A stretch of DNA of 63,925 bases, counting the filler, from Octopus bimaculoides (Eukaryota), in assembly GCF_001194135.2 (NCBI RefSeq). It is 4 parts of 4 records of this genome, joined end to end, with 100 filler letters (N's around TTAATTAATTAA, not from the genome) between each part and the next. Parts side by side here need not be neighbours in the genome. Positions count along the whole stretch, not along the records: positions 27,816 to 49,339 come from NC_068983.1; positions 49,440 to 63,925 come from NC_069005.1; 2 more parts are not named here. The stretch is one strand, 5' to 3'. The stretch's first letter is position 1. Every line of letters starts with the position of its first letter. Shown here piece after piece: positions 36,584 to 49,492 of the stretch. A program made the position numbers and the translations under genes. The notes beneath the pieces are model-generated. The model did no database searches. It worked only from the letters and a program-made list of their open reading frames with translations, and had not been told where the DNA came from.

Positions 36584-36809
36584 GGTCATTCTTTACAGGA
36601 GACGTAATGTTTTCACAGAAGAAGAATATTTCATATTATATTAAGGTAGGATGAACCAAATGATCTTAATGGTTTACAGAATTGTGGCGTTAGTAAAGCC
36701 AGAAAAGTATTCTGTCTCGGTGTTTAGTTATAACAATCTTATTCATTCCACCATCCAGCTTCAGTCAATTCACTCAGTGTTGATATGCTGGCGGAATTAA
36801 TATTCTCGT

Positions 36810-36845
<36 letters not shown>

Positions 36846-36932
36846 TTCTCTCTCTGTTTCCTTCTCTCTCTGTTTCCTTCTCTCTCTGTTTCCTTCTCTC
36901 TCTCTCCTTCTCTCTCTCTTTCTCTCTCTCTT

Positions 36933-36986
<54 letters not shown>

Positions 36987-37033
36987 ATCTATCTATCTAT
37001 GTATATGTGTGTATGTATGTATGTATGTATGTA

Positions 37034-37106
<73 letters not shown>

Positions 37107-37110
37107 GTGT
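36810..37110. repeat. Compound (TC)n-(TCTG)n-(TCTA)n-(TATG)n-(TA)n microsatellite
   Basis: Directly visible. Confidence 0.95.
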
Positions 37111-37445
37111 GTTATGGATGGATGTGTATGTATGTATCTATACACGTACACACTTACACACATACATATATACATCGGACAGAAATTTAAAGCGAATATA
37201 TTGTACATAAGTCTAATAAACAGGCTTTGTGGATGTAAAATTCTCCATCCTTATGTTAACGTCTTGAATATACACTCTGCATGCCGTATAAAATCCAGAG
37301 AAGTGAATTTAGGATTTACCCATCGTGTGATAGTTTACTTTAAACAATTTCCCATTGTTCTATATCATTCGATGTGGTTAGCCAGAACTTGGATTATACT
37401 AAATTACTTGTAAGGGACCTTCCCGGAGTTAATATCCTCCTTATT

Positions 37446-37500
<55 letters not shown>

Positions 37501-37609
37501 TATATATGTATATTTGTATATACGTATGTATGTATATACATACATATACATAAAATATAAATATAATCTACATATAAAATATTGATTATATCATATTTCT
37601 ATGGAAAGC

Positions 37610-38270
37610 ATTATACATGGGATTAGCAGCTACCCCGAAATGTCCTCAAAGTACTACCTCCCTATGCAACACGACGTTGTCTCAAACAATATACAATGCT
37701 ATTAGGAAAAAAGTCGGTCCTGTAATAAATACAGAGAATCGCCCTGTTTTTGAATAGGTACACAGAACATCAACACAAGGAATGCTGGTGGAATATTCCC
37801 ATCTGTGAAGTGTAAGAACAACAGACCGGATATTGCTGCTTGAGACAGACAAGAAAAAATGTACCGACGTAGAGGCGAGCTGTCCTGGTGATATGAATAT
37901 CTCTTGGAAAAGCAAAGAGGAAGAGGATAACTACGGACAACTTCTTCGAAACTTCCAGCCTCTATATCTAGATCATAAATTCACATTTCTACTAGTAATA
38001 ATTGGTGCACTAGGCTTTGTGAATAAATGCATAACAGACAGTTTGGATAAGCATGGACTTTCAAAAAAAAAAGAAATCAATGAAGTAACTCGCATATTAC
38101 AAATACAATCTTTAAGTGAAACAGTAAAAATAGGCAAGATATTTCGTAAGTTTAGAATGTAACATTGTTTTCGTAATCTACATTCCAACAATAGAGCTTT
38201 GTGTCTTTGTTAGAAACCAGCTTTCTCCTCAGAGGAAGAATTTAAATAATTGAAAAAGAGAAGGAAACAT
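37610..38270 (+). mobile_element. R4-clade-like non-LTR 3' end (zinc-knuckle tail, RLE endonuclease, UTR), decayed
   Basis: MSSKYYLPMQHDVV, WWNIPI, NRPDI...E.SCPGD and IIGALG motifs. Confidence 0.8.
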
Positions 38271-38476
38271 ACATTCATTAATGCTTTGAAACAATAGTTT
38301 GTTTACAAACATCAGCCAGATTGTATATGATATACATAATATATAGAACGCAGATAGCATTATAACATACAAGTGAAAGAAAAGAGAAAGGAAATAAATA
38401 AATGGCAAAACAAGAATGCAAATATATCATAGCAGTATTGTAATATTTACCTCATGTGTGACAATCTAGGTGGGGA

Positions 38477-38686
<210 letters not shown>

Positions 38687-38975
38687 AGTTAAGCAGTTGT
38701 GGTCGATGAAAAGTTAAACAGTTGTGGTCGACGAAAAAGGTAGCAGTAGTACCAATAATTGTCGGAGCCCTGGGAACAGTGAGCAAAAATCTCGAGAAGT
38801 ACGTGGAACAAACAGGGGCTGCAATAAGGGTGGAGCACTTGCAGAAAACAGCACTGCTTGGAACCGCTTGAATACTCCGGAAGGTGCTCGAAAAATAAGC
38901 GGTGTTACCTTAGTTCACTGGTAGTGAACAGCTGACACCGTAATACATCTCCAGCGTTAGAAGCTGTGCAAAGGC
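38687..38975 (+). mobile_element. Dong/R4-like 3' end inside (TAA)n
   Basis: WSTKKVAVVPIIVGALGTVSKNLEKYV...LQKTALLGTA*ILRKVLEK* plus a UTR; (TAA)n on both sides. Confidence 0.9.
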
Positions 38976-39034
<59 letters not shown>

Positions 39035-39038
39035 TAAT

Positions 39039-39400
39039 GGGACCTATATACACTGGAAGCTATGCCANNNNNNNNNNAATGGAAAAACTTTCAAAATACA
39101 AAGACCTGGAAATAGAGATAACTCGAATGTGGAATCTAAAAACAGAAACAATTCCTATCATAGTAGGTGCCTTAGGTATAATAAAAAAATATTCAGACAA
39201 ATACATAACAAAAACACCAGGACTTACAAATATATATAACATACAGAAAATTGCACTACTGGGTACTGCACACATTCTACGCAAAACACTTTCAATACAG
39301 TAAACATAAGAGCACCACAGCAAACCACAGCACATACCCAAGGCGCACAGAGCTGCGCTCGGTAGTGAAGTGAAAGTACGTTATAAAAATAAAACTACTG
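39039..39400 (+). mobile_element. Second Dong/R4-like family 3' end inside (TAA)n
   Basis: GTYIHWKLC before the 10-N gap, then EKLSKYKDLEIEITRMWNLKTETIPIIVGALG...QKIALLGTAHILRKTL* with an intact frame and a different UTR. Confidence 0.92.
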
Positions 39401-39422
39401 AATAATAATAATAATAATAATA

Positions 39423-39590
39423 GTAATAATAATAATAATACTTCTTACTATATGCACAAGGTCAGAAATTTGGGGCAAGTTGAGTACATCGAACCCAGTG
39501 CTCGACTGCTACTTATTTTATCGACCTCGGTGGCATTTGAACTCAGAACGCAAAAAGCAGAAGAGATGTCGCTAAGTATTTTATGCAACT
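39423..39590 (-). mobile_element. SINE family B fragment
   Basis: GACCTCGG...ATTTGAACTCAGAACG. Confidence 0.7.
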
Positions 39591-40013
39591 CACGGCCTTA
39601 TCAGTAACTGACAGCTCACGGCCTTATCAGCCGCCGCCGCCAACGACGATGACGAATGATGGTGATGATGATGCTGATAATGATAAAGATGATGATGATG
39701 AGGATGATGGTGATGATGATAATGCAAAACAGTATACAAACTAAGTGCTATTTGTAAGCAGAAAATGATATATTTTGAGGAATTTACTCGCAGGTACTTT
39801 ATTGAGCCCTGACCCCACTTCTCCAGGAAGAACCATTTGTGGATAAATATGAACTCATATATTAAAGAGACATAACTAAATATCGTGTGTGAAACTGCCC
39901 ACTTGCTATTTGAATTATGTGTTGTCAATCAAGGATAAAAAGTAAAGCGTTTCATGAGAAGAACTGAACTAGATACGTGTTGAACTTACACGATTTAAGA
40001 AAGAAAATATATA

Positions 40014-40233
40014 CGAGGGGGGCACTGAAAAGTTCCTGGCTTTAGGTAACAAAAAATAGAGGAGGATCAGTTAATTATGATTTTATTCAACATATTTCTC
40101 CTCTCACTTTCACACACATATTGCAACGGTCCTTCAGTTTTCCCTCAGCCCTGTAAAAGAACTTGGAAGCTTGTGCCTCCAACCAGGCTTTTGCGACACC
40201 CTTAAAACCAGGAGTTTTTCAGCACCCCACTCG
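40014..40233. mobile_element. 220-bp mariner-type MITE with TIRs and TA TSD
   Basis: TA|CGAGGGGGGCACTGAAAAGTTCCTGG...CCAGGAGTTTTTCAGCACCCCACTCG|TA. Confidence 0.9.
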
Positions 40234-40409
40234 TAATTCACAACTCGCTGTTTTTTCTTTACCCATCTCACCTAAAACGTGGTTTTGTTATATCTGTTTC
40301 TTTATTATATTTTACCTTTATGTCAGCCTTGTTTGACTATACTTATGATCAAAGGCGTTGTAGTCATCATTGTCATCGTCATCGTCATTAATACTAGTAC
40401 ATTACTGTC

Positions 40410-40650
40410 TCGAGTCCTAGGACTAATGTGGCCGGTTACTCGGTTTCCAGGACGAGATCAGAAACAACATTACCCCCAGAACGTGACGCCAGTCCGTTGC
40501 AATGTTACTCATGTACAGTTAAGTGGACCGGAGCAACAGAAAATGAAGTACTTTGCTCGAGTACACAACACAGCACCCCGTTAAAAAATTGAAACCACAA
40601 TCTTGCGATCGTGGGTGCACAGCTTAACCACTAGATCACGCCTCTTCACG
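40410..40650 (-). mobile_element. tRNA-derived SINE family C (V-domain-like)
   Basis: Reverse complement gives a GGCGTGATCTAGTGGTTAAG head, TGCAACGGACTGGCGTC and GGAAACCGAGTAACCGG; related to 63642-63885. Confidence 0.65.
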
Positions 40651-40762
40651 TTCCCACCACGGTCATCTTTTATATTTGTATATCAATTGCTACAAAGTCT
40701 ACTCGAATGTCAATCGAGGGCATATGACTGCTATTTCTAGCAGATGGATCTCCCGTGTGGAG

Positions 40763-41006
40763 CAGTGGTTCTCAATCAGGGTCCATATGACCTTTGAGGA
40801 TCCATATAATCTTTTGTTGTTAATGTTTATGAACAATAAATTTATTATACATCTACAATACATAAATATTTAAATTTTGTTTTATACAATTCCTAATAAT
40901 ATTTAATTAAAGAAATATAATAGGATCTTTTTAAACATGGGGAGGTCCAGTAGAATAAAATAGGAGTCACAGGGATCCATAGGTAAAAAATGGTTGAATG
41001 CCACTG
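40763..41006. mobile_element. hAT-type MITE, 244 bp
   Basis: CAGTGGTTCTCAA...TTGAATGCCACTG termini; TSD not preserved. Confidence 0.75.
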
Positions 41007-42245
41007 TCGTGCTTTATTCTATTTGTAAATAATAGGAAATAACTGAATCCGTGTCATGATTCCAGTTCATAGTGTTTAACTATTTACATCAAGTTTATTT
41101 CTTATGCCCCTTCTTTACAATTACTCATATTATAAAAAAAAAGCTGATCTCCTCTATCACAGTATATATGTAGGAGAAAAGAAGGGGAAGAGAAAACGTT
41201 GTTGAGAGAGAGAGAGAGACAGAGAGGGAGAGAGAGAGAGAGGGAGAGAGAGAGAGTGTGAAAGATAGATAGGTAGTGTTGTCACCATAGTAACTTACAA
41301 GCTTTGATTAAAAACGCGGAAATTTTAACTGTCCACCTGATCTAGTGTTTATACACGGACAGTTTTATCTTGCTAACCGCAGAATGGGTGACTTTGAAAA
41401 CCAGTGCATATATGTAAACGAAACAGAATTCGCCAGGGCAGCCAAGAAGAAACAACATTACGGAGAAAGAACTTTAACAAGAAATGTTTGTCATGAAGTT
41501 GTCTTATGAGAGATTACTCAGTGAATGTACTTATTCTGGTAAATAAGAACTATTTTAAGTACATGTTACCGTCCAACAGTATTCAAACTGTTATTGATCT
41601 TCATCGAGAACGTCAGTCTACATATTATTTGAACAATTTATAAAGGCACGTGCATGATCGACAAATACTTTTACCGGCAACGTAGCGACAGATAAGCATT
41701 TAGTTTCTTATTACTTTTACGCTCTTTCGTGATGGAAGAAAATATATCACAATCTAAAGTTTGGCTTCTTCGAAAATTATAAGGATTCTATGTTTAANNN
41801 NNNNNNNNNNNNNNNNNNNNNNNNNNNNNNNNNNNNNNNNNNNNNNNNNNNNNNNNNNNNNNNNNNNNNNNNNNNNNNNNNNNNNNNNNNNNNNNNNNNN
41901 NNNNNNNNNNNNNNNNNNNNNNNNNNNNNNNNNNNNNNNNNNNNNNNNNNNNNNNNNNNNNNNNNNNNNNNNNNNNNNNNNNNNNNNNNNNNNNNNNNNN
42001 NNNNNNNNNNNNNNNNNNNNNNNNNNNNNNNNNNNNNNNNNNNNNNNNNNNNNNNNNNNNNNNNNNNNNNNNNNNNNNNNNNNNNNNNNNNNNNNNNNNN
42101 NNNNNNNNNNNNNNNNNNNNNNNNNNNNNNNNNNNNNNNNNNNNNNNNNNNNNNNNNNNNNNNNNNNNNNNNNNNNNNNNNNNNNNNNNNNNNNNNNNNN
42201 NNNNNNNNNNNNNNNNNNNNNNNNNNNNNNNNNNNNNNNNNNNNN

Positions 42246-42257
42246 ATCATCATCATT

Positions 42258-42312
<55 letters not shown>

Positions 42313-42327
42313 GTTCGTCGTCGTCAC

Positions 42328-42389
<62 letters not shown>

Positions 42390-42392
42390 ACA
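42246..42392. repeat. (CAT)n microsatellite
   Basis: Directly visible. Confidence 0.95.
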
Positions 42393-43850
42393 ACAGGATC
42401 CAGTCCTTCAATGTTAATATCGTCATAACTACACCTATTACTGTAATTCAAAGTTTTCTTCTGAGAAAAATTATAAACAGGACAGAAACTAATTATTTTT
42501 ATTTAGCTTCAGAAAATTGGTTGTGCAAGTTGATTTATGGCATCAATTATTTGTCAATTTGAACGAGAAATGACTCTTTTACACCTCTTCATGGTTTTGT
42601 ATGGCTTCGTTCACATTTGCATTTACACACATACATACATACATACACACACATGTACGCACATACGTATATACAATGCTATCTTTATTAGAAATCTCCA
42701 TGGATTAGGGGAAAATATTTTCAAGAAACAATTGACAAATTGACCTTCAGCTGTCCAAGATCTCAAATAAACCTACACAGCAAGAAACTCAAAAGAAGGC
42801 AATAGTTTCGAACTCATTCCTTCACCAAAAGCCAATCACCAAAAAAATTGACATAAAAAAGGTGATAATACAGGTGTTGCCCCAGCATGGCCACAACCTC
42901 TGGGCTGAAACGTAAATCTCCGATAATTTAATTCATGTTGTAACGTGTTTACGTTGTGGACACAAATATATAGGACAGACAAGTAAGTCACTTAGACGGA
43001 GAACCACGCTTCATAAGGAACAAATCCGTTTCCCATGGCATAGACGTATAACTTTGAGTGAAAACACAGACGTGCAGAGAATCTTCAACCAACTTTCAGT
43101 TTTACACATCTACCAGTGCAAAGAAAAATTTCTGAACAAGAATGTTTAAATAAAGAAAAATTATTTATCGAAAACTACAAAACACGCCTAAATATGCATT
43201 TAGTATTGTGTGTTTAAAAGCTATGATTTTCACACAAAGAAATCAACCAACTAATTCGCACATTATGCATGCCACGTGTAAGCGGAACAGTAAAAGTCTG
43301 CAAGACTTCTTCGAATTTAAAATGCAAATTTGCTTTAGTTACTTATATTGTAAAGCTGGAGCTCGTATCTTTGGTAGAAAACCAGATTCCTTTTTATAGG
43401 AAGAATTTAAATTATCAAAGACTGGAGAGAAACTACATACATACATGCATACATATATCACAGATACAATAATAGATAGATATATGCGTACAGGCATAGT
43501 ACATACATACATGCATACGCACATACATTTATGTATATNNNNNNNNNNNNNNNNNNNNNNNNNNNNNNNNNNNNNNNNNNNNNNNNNNNNNNNNNNNNNN
43601 NNNNNNNNNNNNNNNNNNNNNNNNNNNNNNNNNNNNNNNNNNNNNNNNNNNNNNNNNNNNNNNNNNNNNNNNNNNNNNNNNNNNNNNNNNNNNNNNNNNN
43701 NNNNNNNNNNNNNNNNNNNNNNNNNNNNNNNNNNNNNNNNNNNNNNNNNNNNNNNNNNNNNNNNNNNNNNNNNNNNNNNNNNNNNNNNNNNNNNNNNNNN
43801 NNNNNNNNNNNNNNNNNNNNNNNNNNNNNNNNNNNNNNNNNNNNNNNNNN

Positions 43851-43911
<61 letters not shown>

Positions 43912-44076
43912 GTGTTTTAATATAGATATACATTTATGCATACGCACGCGCGTACACACTAACACACTCATTCTATTTTATGGAGTTCTCTTAGAAACAT
44001 ATACGCATGAATATTAATTTCATGTATATATGTACATATATTTGTGCGTATATACGTATATATATGTATGTATGTA

Positions 44077-44136
<60 letters not shown>

Positions 44137-44570
44137 AACACATAAGTATATATGTATGTACATATGTGTGTGTGTATGTAATAGTCAAGTAAACTTCATG
44201 TTCTATAGCTTAAAGCAATGCAAACGTAGCTAATTAATTTATAATATACTAACAAGGGCTCCTTATTTTTTGATTTATTTGTATATACATTTTTGAAACT
44301 TTAAACTGCCATGTAATGTAAAATTTACTAAAATAAAAAGACAAATATCACGTAAAATCCATACTGTTTGGAGCACAATTAATTAATTAATCAGTCACGA
44401 ATACAGCACATGTATTTTAATGTAACTTGGATCTATTTATTTGTGCCCAAATTTGCATTAAACACACACACACATACACGCGCGCGCGCGAGCATTTAAG
44501 TATGAATATGCGTGTGCTTAACCACTAAATCCACAAGTTTTTTATTCTCTCTGTTTATTTTCGCTTATTC

Positions 44571-44607
44571 TCTTCTGTTGAAGAGCGTAAGCTCGAAACG
44601 TAAAAGA
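44571..44607 (+). ncRNA. Minimal type I hammerhead in a PLE-like terminal repeat (44530-44705)
   Basis: TCTT-CTGTTGA-A-GAGC-GTAA-GCTC-GAAAC-GT-A-AAAGA; stem I is imperfect. Confidence 0.65.
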
Positions 44608-45573
44608 CTTTCTCACTTTCCCGAGCGCCAAACTAATACACCTGCTTGTTGTTCATACAACTCTCTTCGTTTTTTGTTTTTCTGTAAATTTCAACTATAT
44701 ATATATATATTACCGGGTACGTCAGCTAGTGTATATATATATATATATATATNNNNNNNNNNNNNNNNNNNNNNNNNNNNNNNNNNNNNNNNNNNNNNNN
44801 NNNNNNNNNNNNNNNNNNNNNNNNNNNNNNNNNNNNNNNNNNNNNNNNNNNNNNNNNNNNNNNNNNNNNNNNNNNNNNNNNNNNNNNNNNNNNNNNNNNN
44901 NNNNNNNNNNNNNNNNNNNNNNNNNNNNNNNNNNNNNNNNNNNNNNNNNNNNNNNNNNNNNNNNNNNNNNNNNNNNNNNNNNNNNNNNNNNNNNNNNNNN
45001 NNNNNNNNNNNNNNNNNNNNNNNNNNNNNNNNNNNNNNNNNNNNNNNNNNNNNNNNNNNNNNNNNNNNNNNNNNNNNNNNNNNNNNNNNNNNNNNNNNNN
45101 NNNNNNNNNNNNNNNNNNNNNNNNNNNNNNNNNNNNNNNNNNNNNNNNNNNNNNNNNNNNNNNNNNNNNNNNNNNNNNNNNNNNNNNNNNNNNNNNNNNN
45201 NNNNNNNNNNNNNNNNNNNNNNNNNNNNNNNNNNNNNNNNNNNNNNNNNNNNNNNNNNNNNNNNNNNNNNNNNNNNNNNNNNNNNNNNNNNNNNNNNNNN
45301 NNNNNNNNNNNNNNNNNNNNNNATATATATATATATATATATATATATACACGTATATATATGACTAAAAACTACTTATCGATCCGTATCAAAGATTAGA
45401 AATTAACTTATAAACTTTGGCGTCGAGAGTTATATCAGCTCTCGGACAGGATGCCATAGCATCAACGGCTATCTAGCAATAGCACGCACTCCTTACGCAC
45501 GAATACATACATACATACATACATACATACATACATACATACATACATACATACATACGTACGTACGTACGTA

Positions 45574-45830
45574 CTTGGTTCTGTGGGTAAAAACCCAACT
45601 GACTATCTAGAGAAGCTTGAATTTTCAGGAAAAGAAATCGACTAAGTAACTTGCACGTTACAAATACGATCTGTAAGTAGAACAATAAAAATATGCAAGA
45701 CTTATCTCAAGTTTAAAATGTTTTAATGATTTCGTTATCTATGTTTGATCGATGAAGCTTTGTATCCTTGTTAGAAACCAGCTCCTTCTTCAGAGCAAGA
45801 GTTTAAATAACTGTGAAGAGAACAGGACAT
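45574..45830 (+). mobile_element. Shorter copy of the 37.6-kb R4-like family, directly after (TACA)n(TACG)n
   Basis: LGSVGK...YLEKLEFSGKEID...LQIRS...KICKTYLKF, with UTR similarity to 38160-38270 (TTGTTAGAAACCAGCT). Confidence 0.8.
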
Positions 45831-46341
45831 ACACACGCATATGTGTGCTCTTTTAAGTAGCTTACAATAAAGGTACAACTATTAACTCTATTAAACACTA
45901 TTCACATCTTTTCACTGTGCTTTATGTATAGCTTAAAACAATAACGTGTCTACGTCAGTCATTGATTCTAGATTCACTCGGTGTCACTTTCTGACATGAA
46001 ATCTTTATAATGGCGTTGTTTTTATTGCTACATTTTCGTACTTGATAGCAATGAGCATGTGATCGATTTGACTGATAAAATTATCAGGTATAATCTTTAG
46101 TGTGGCATGTCCAGTTGTTACATTAATATCATTTTCCGTCAACAATTACATCAACGTTTATTTATTATTATATTTCATTTAAAATGTTTATTTTATGTAA
46201 CTTCAAACAAAATATGCAGTTTAATTGAGTATACCTGTTTAATCACTTATATCACTTAAGCACATCTTCATTTCTTCCGATGCATTTGCTTTGATGTTAT
46301 AACAGCACATACAAACATACGTACATACTTAAATATATATA

Positions 46342-46378
<37 letters not shown>

Positions 46379-46877
46379 AAATACATATGATAGAGACGAA
46401 AAATGGAACATACGAGAAACTTTATTGTTTACAACGATCGTTTTGACCCATCCTGCACCGTTGTCTTGTGAGTGGGATACTGTGCTACATATTTCGGTGC
46501 AGAAGCGTCTGGTCAGGTGACACTATAAGGAGTTATATTGTTAAAAAACTCTGTTTCGCTTGGTTTTAATACACCATGTTGTTATTAACCATAGGTTTAA
46601 GTTGTTGGGCATATATANNNNNNNNNNNNNNNNNNNNNNNNNNNNNNNNNNNNNNNNNNNNNNNNNNNNNNNNNNNNNNNNNNNNNNNNNNNNNNNNNNN
46701 NNNNNNNNNNNNNNNNNNNNNNNNNNNNNNNNNNNNNNNNNNNNNNNNNNNNNNNNNNNNNNNNNNNNNNNNNNATATATATATATATATATATAGATGT
46801 GTGTATCTTCCCTTGTTTACAATTAACACGGAAAAAATAGTTACCAGGGTAGCAAAAAATCACAGGAAATAAAGCTT

Positions 46878-47606
46878 GACAATAAGTTTTGGGTCCGTAA
46901 AGACACACCAGATAATTTTGATGTTACAATGGGAAGTTCCGATTCAGCAGATTTAGTCTGTATATATTTACTTTTTGAAATGACAGAACAGTTCCCAAAC
47001 ATAAATGGAAGCCTATATCATGATGATTGTTTACTTTACCATCAAAATGTTTCCGACTAACAAGTACAAAAAGTTAAGAATAGTTCAGTTAAGTTTTTCC
47101 GTAGAATGGGCTTAAGCGTCGTTTTTGATGATAATTTAACGAAGGCCAACTTTTTAGATAATACACTTAACTTACACAATAATTCGTACTTCCCATACCA
47201 CAAACCATCGACCAATCTTAAGTATATTAGCAAACTCAGTAATCATTCTAGGGCAATTACTAGGAACTTAGTTAAGAATATTTCATTTAGATTGTCTAAG
47301 TTATCTGCTTATGTTGACATTTTCAATGATAAAGCCGAATTTTATAACTCTGCCTTACTTATAGCAGGTTATACAGAGAAAGTTACCTACATTAATTCCA
47401 TTCAATCTTATTCTACCTTTACTAATGGAGATATGAAATCTAGTTGTAAGGATATAAATGGTAACAATTTTAACTTATACGCCAACACCAAACAAAGGAA
47501 GGGAGATAACCCTTATTTAAACCCCTATTTTTGTTCTAAAGGTAAATCTAAGTCTTTCAAAGATAGTTACACTAAAAATAAGGTAACTAATAGTAAAACT
47601 ATTTAG
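46878..47606 (+). pseudogene. Penelope-like (Naiad-type) reverse transcriptase fragment
   Basis: One frame reads FDVTMGSSDSADLV, SLYHDD, NFLDNTLNL, PYHKP, SNHS and ISFRLSKLS, with a TAA at 47058-47060. Confidence 0.85.
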
Positions 47607-48374
47607 TTAATTATTCCTTAGTTAATTATTCCTGCTTGGCTGCAGCTGTGGAAATTTCAAAGTTTATTTAAAATTTTTAAATTTGGTGTTTTAATGTAGT
47701 TTTCCAAGCTGAATCTCAAGAGATATTTCACTTTTGCTAGAAAAGAAAACAAAAAGTTATAGAGGTTTTAACCCAGTAAGAAAACGGGATTTAGAAACTT
47801 TCATTCTGTGCGTGACAGTATGAGCTGTCAACATTCTGAAAATAGCATGTGTTTTAATATGAAACTGTAAATAAATCAAATTCTGCTGTACGCGCGACAT
47901 TTAACTCCTCATAACTTCATTATTTTTTGTGGAACATTGAGGAAATTTTTGCGATTTTGTATTCTACACTGGGGAATACATACGATTATGCAAACCCCTC
48001 CCACTAAGAAGATTAGGGTGCGCGATGTAAGACTTATTTGACTGTTATTTTTAGTACATCTTTCGACCAGGAAACAAGCTGCAAATGGGCACATTTCTCG
48101 TAAAATAAATTTGTTAACATGTGCTATCTAGCAAGAAAAAAAGTTCTCGTGTTTGACTTGTTACCACGGAAACAAACATGAATGCGTCTGTGGCTTACGA
48201 TTGGCTAAGATTATCCAAAATTTGCAAATTTAAAAGCTAATAACTATTTTATTTATTGATTTATGGCGAAAATGAATTTTCTGGCATTAATTAACACATA
48301 AAACTACATCATTAAACCGAATATGAAATTAATTCGAATAGAAATGGAATAGACTGAATATTGGTCGCCAAAGA

Positions 48375-48475
48375 GAAGAGATTCCTGGAGTCGATCCGTT
48401 CTACTAAAATTCTTTAAGGTGTTGCCTCAGCATGGCCGCAGTCTAATGGCTGAAGCAAGAGAAAGGTAAAAGATA
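48375..48475 (+). mobile_element. SINE family A tail
   Basis: CAGCATGGCCGCAGTCTAATGGCTGAAGCAAG...TAAAAGA. Confidence 0.7.
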
Positions 48476-48508
48476 ATAATATAAAAACGTATATATATAT
48501 ATATATAA

Positions 48509-49167
48509 ACAACATTGAACACGCATACAGAAGGTATGTGTGTCGTTAGTTCATGGGTCGGCTGCGATTTTTAGGCGTAAGAGAATATATTTTCTAAGCT
48601 GCTGCTGAGATAAACACCTGAAAAGAAGACGCAGTCAATTTAGACAACTCACTTCAGACCCTTTCTCGGAGCGACAGACATCAATGTTTCGTCTTTGTTT
48701 TGACTTATCAATGCCGCATACCAAACGAGGCCTGCTGCAAGCAATGTCACCGACTATGACTATATGTCAAATGGTTTAGACACTATGTGCTGGTATATCC
48801 CAACGTTCAATGCCACGGAAAAAATTCAAATATGAATTAGAAGCAGCTTGAGGTATACAAATAAAGTCGAAGATGCATACACAGGGTATGTGTGTTATTA
48901 GATCGTGGGTCGGATGCGGATTTCTGTAGCAAGAAACGTTGGAACATACCAGCAGTTGGTGTCTAAACTATTTGGCATATAATTATAGTCGGCGATATCT
49001 GTCATTCCGAGAAAGGACATGATGTGAGTTGTCTTGCTTGACTGCGACTTACTTTCAGTGTTCTTTTACACCAGGCGCATAAAGAATATATTCTCTTACA
49101 CCTAAAAACCGCAGCTGACCTACGAACTAACAATACATATATCTTGTGTATTTGTGTTCGATTTTGC
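48509..49167. mobile_element. ~660-bp foldback/MITE-like element
   Basis: 48512-48690 plus 48750-48807 is the inverted counterpart of 48935-49165. The left terminus recurs directly at ~48875-48925. Flanks are TA-rich. Confidence 0.8.
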
Positions 49168-49214
49168 ATATATAACTTGTGCTACTTCTAATTCATATAT
49201 ATATATATTTACAT

Positions 49215-49339
49215 TTCTCTCTCTGTCTCTCTCTCTGTCTCTCTCTCTGTCTCTCTCTCTGTCTCTCTCTCTGTCTCTCTCTCTGTCTCTCTCTCTGTCT
49301 CTCTCTCTCTCTCTGTCTCTCCCTCTCTCTCTGTCTCTC
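49215..49339. repeat. 12-bp (CTCTCTCTGTCT)n array
   Basis: Directly visible. Confidence 0.95.
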
Positions 49340-49439
49340 NNNNNNNNNNNNNNNNNNNNNNNNNNNNNNNNNNNNNNNNNNNNTTAATTAATTAANNNNN
49401 NNNNNNNNNNNNNNNNNNNNNNNNNNNNNNNNNNNNNNN

Positions 49440-49492
<53 letters not shown>

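Noticed and set aside
39068-39077. 10-N gap taken as true distance
   Set aside because: Protein motifs on either side (HWKLC and EKLSKY) are normally separated by the PD..D region, so the gap is undersized.
48160-48206. X-box-like GTTACCACGGAAAC plus reverse CCAAT as a promoter
   Set aside because: No adjacent gene or CpG-rich promoter context; such motifs are common in DNA-transposon remnants.
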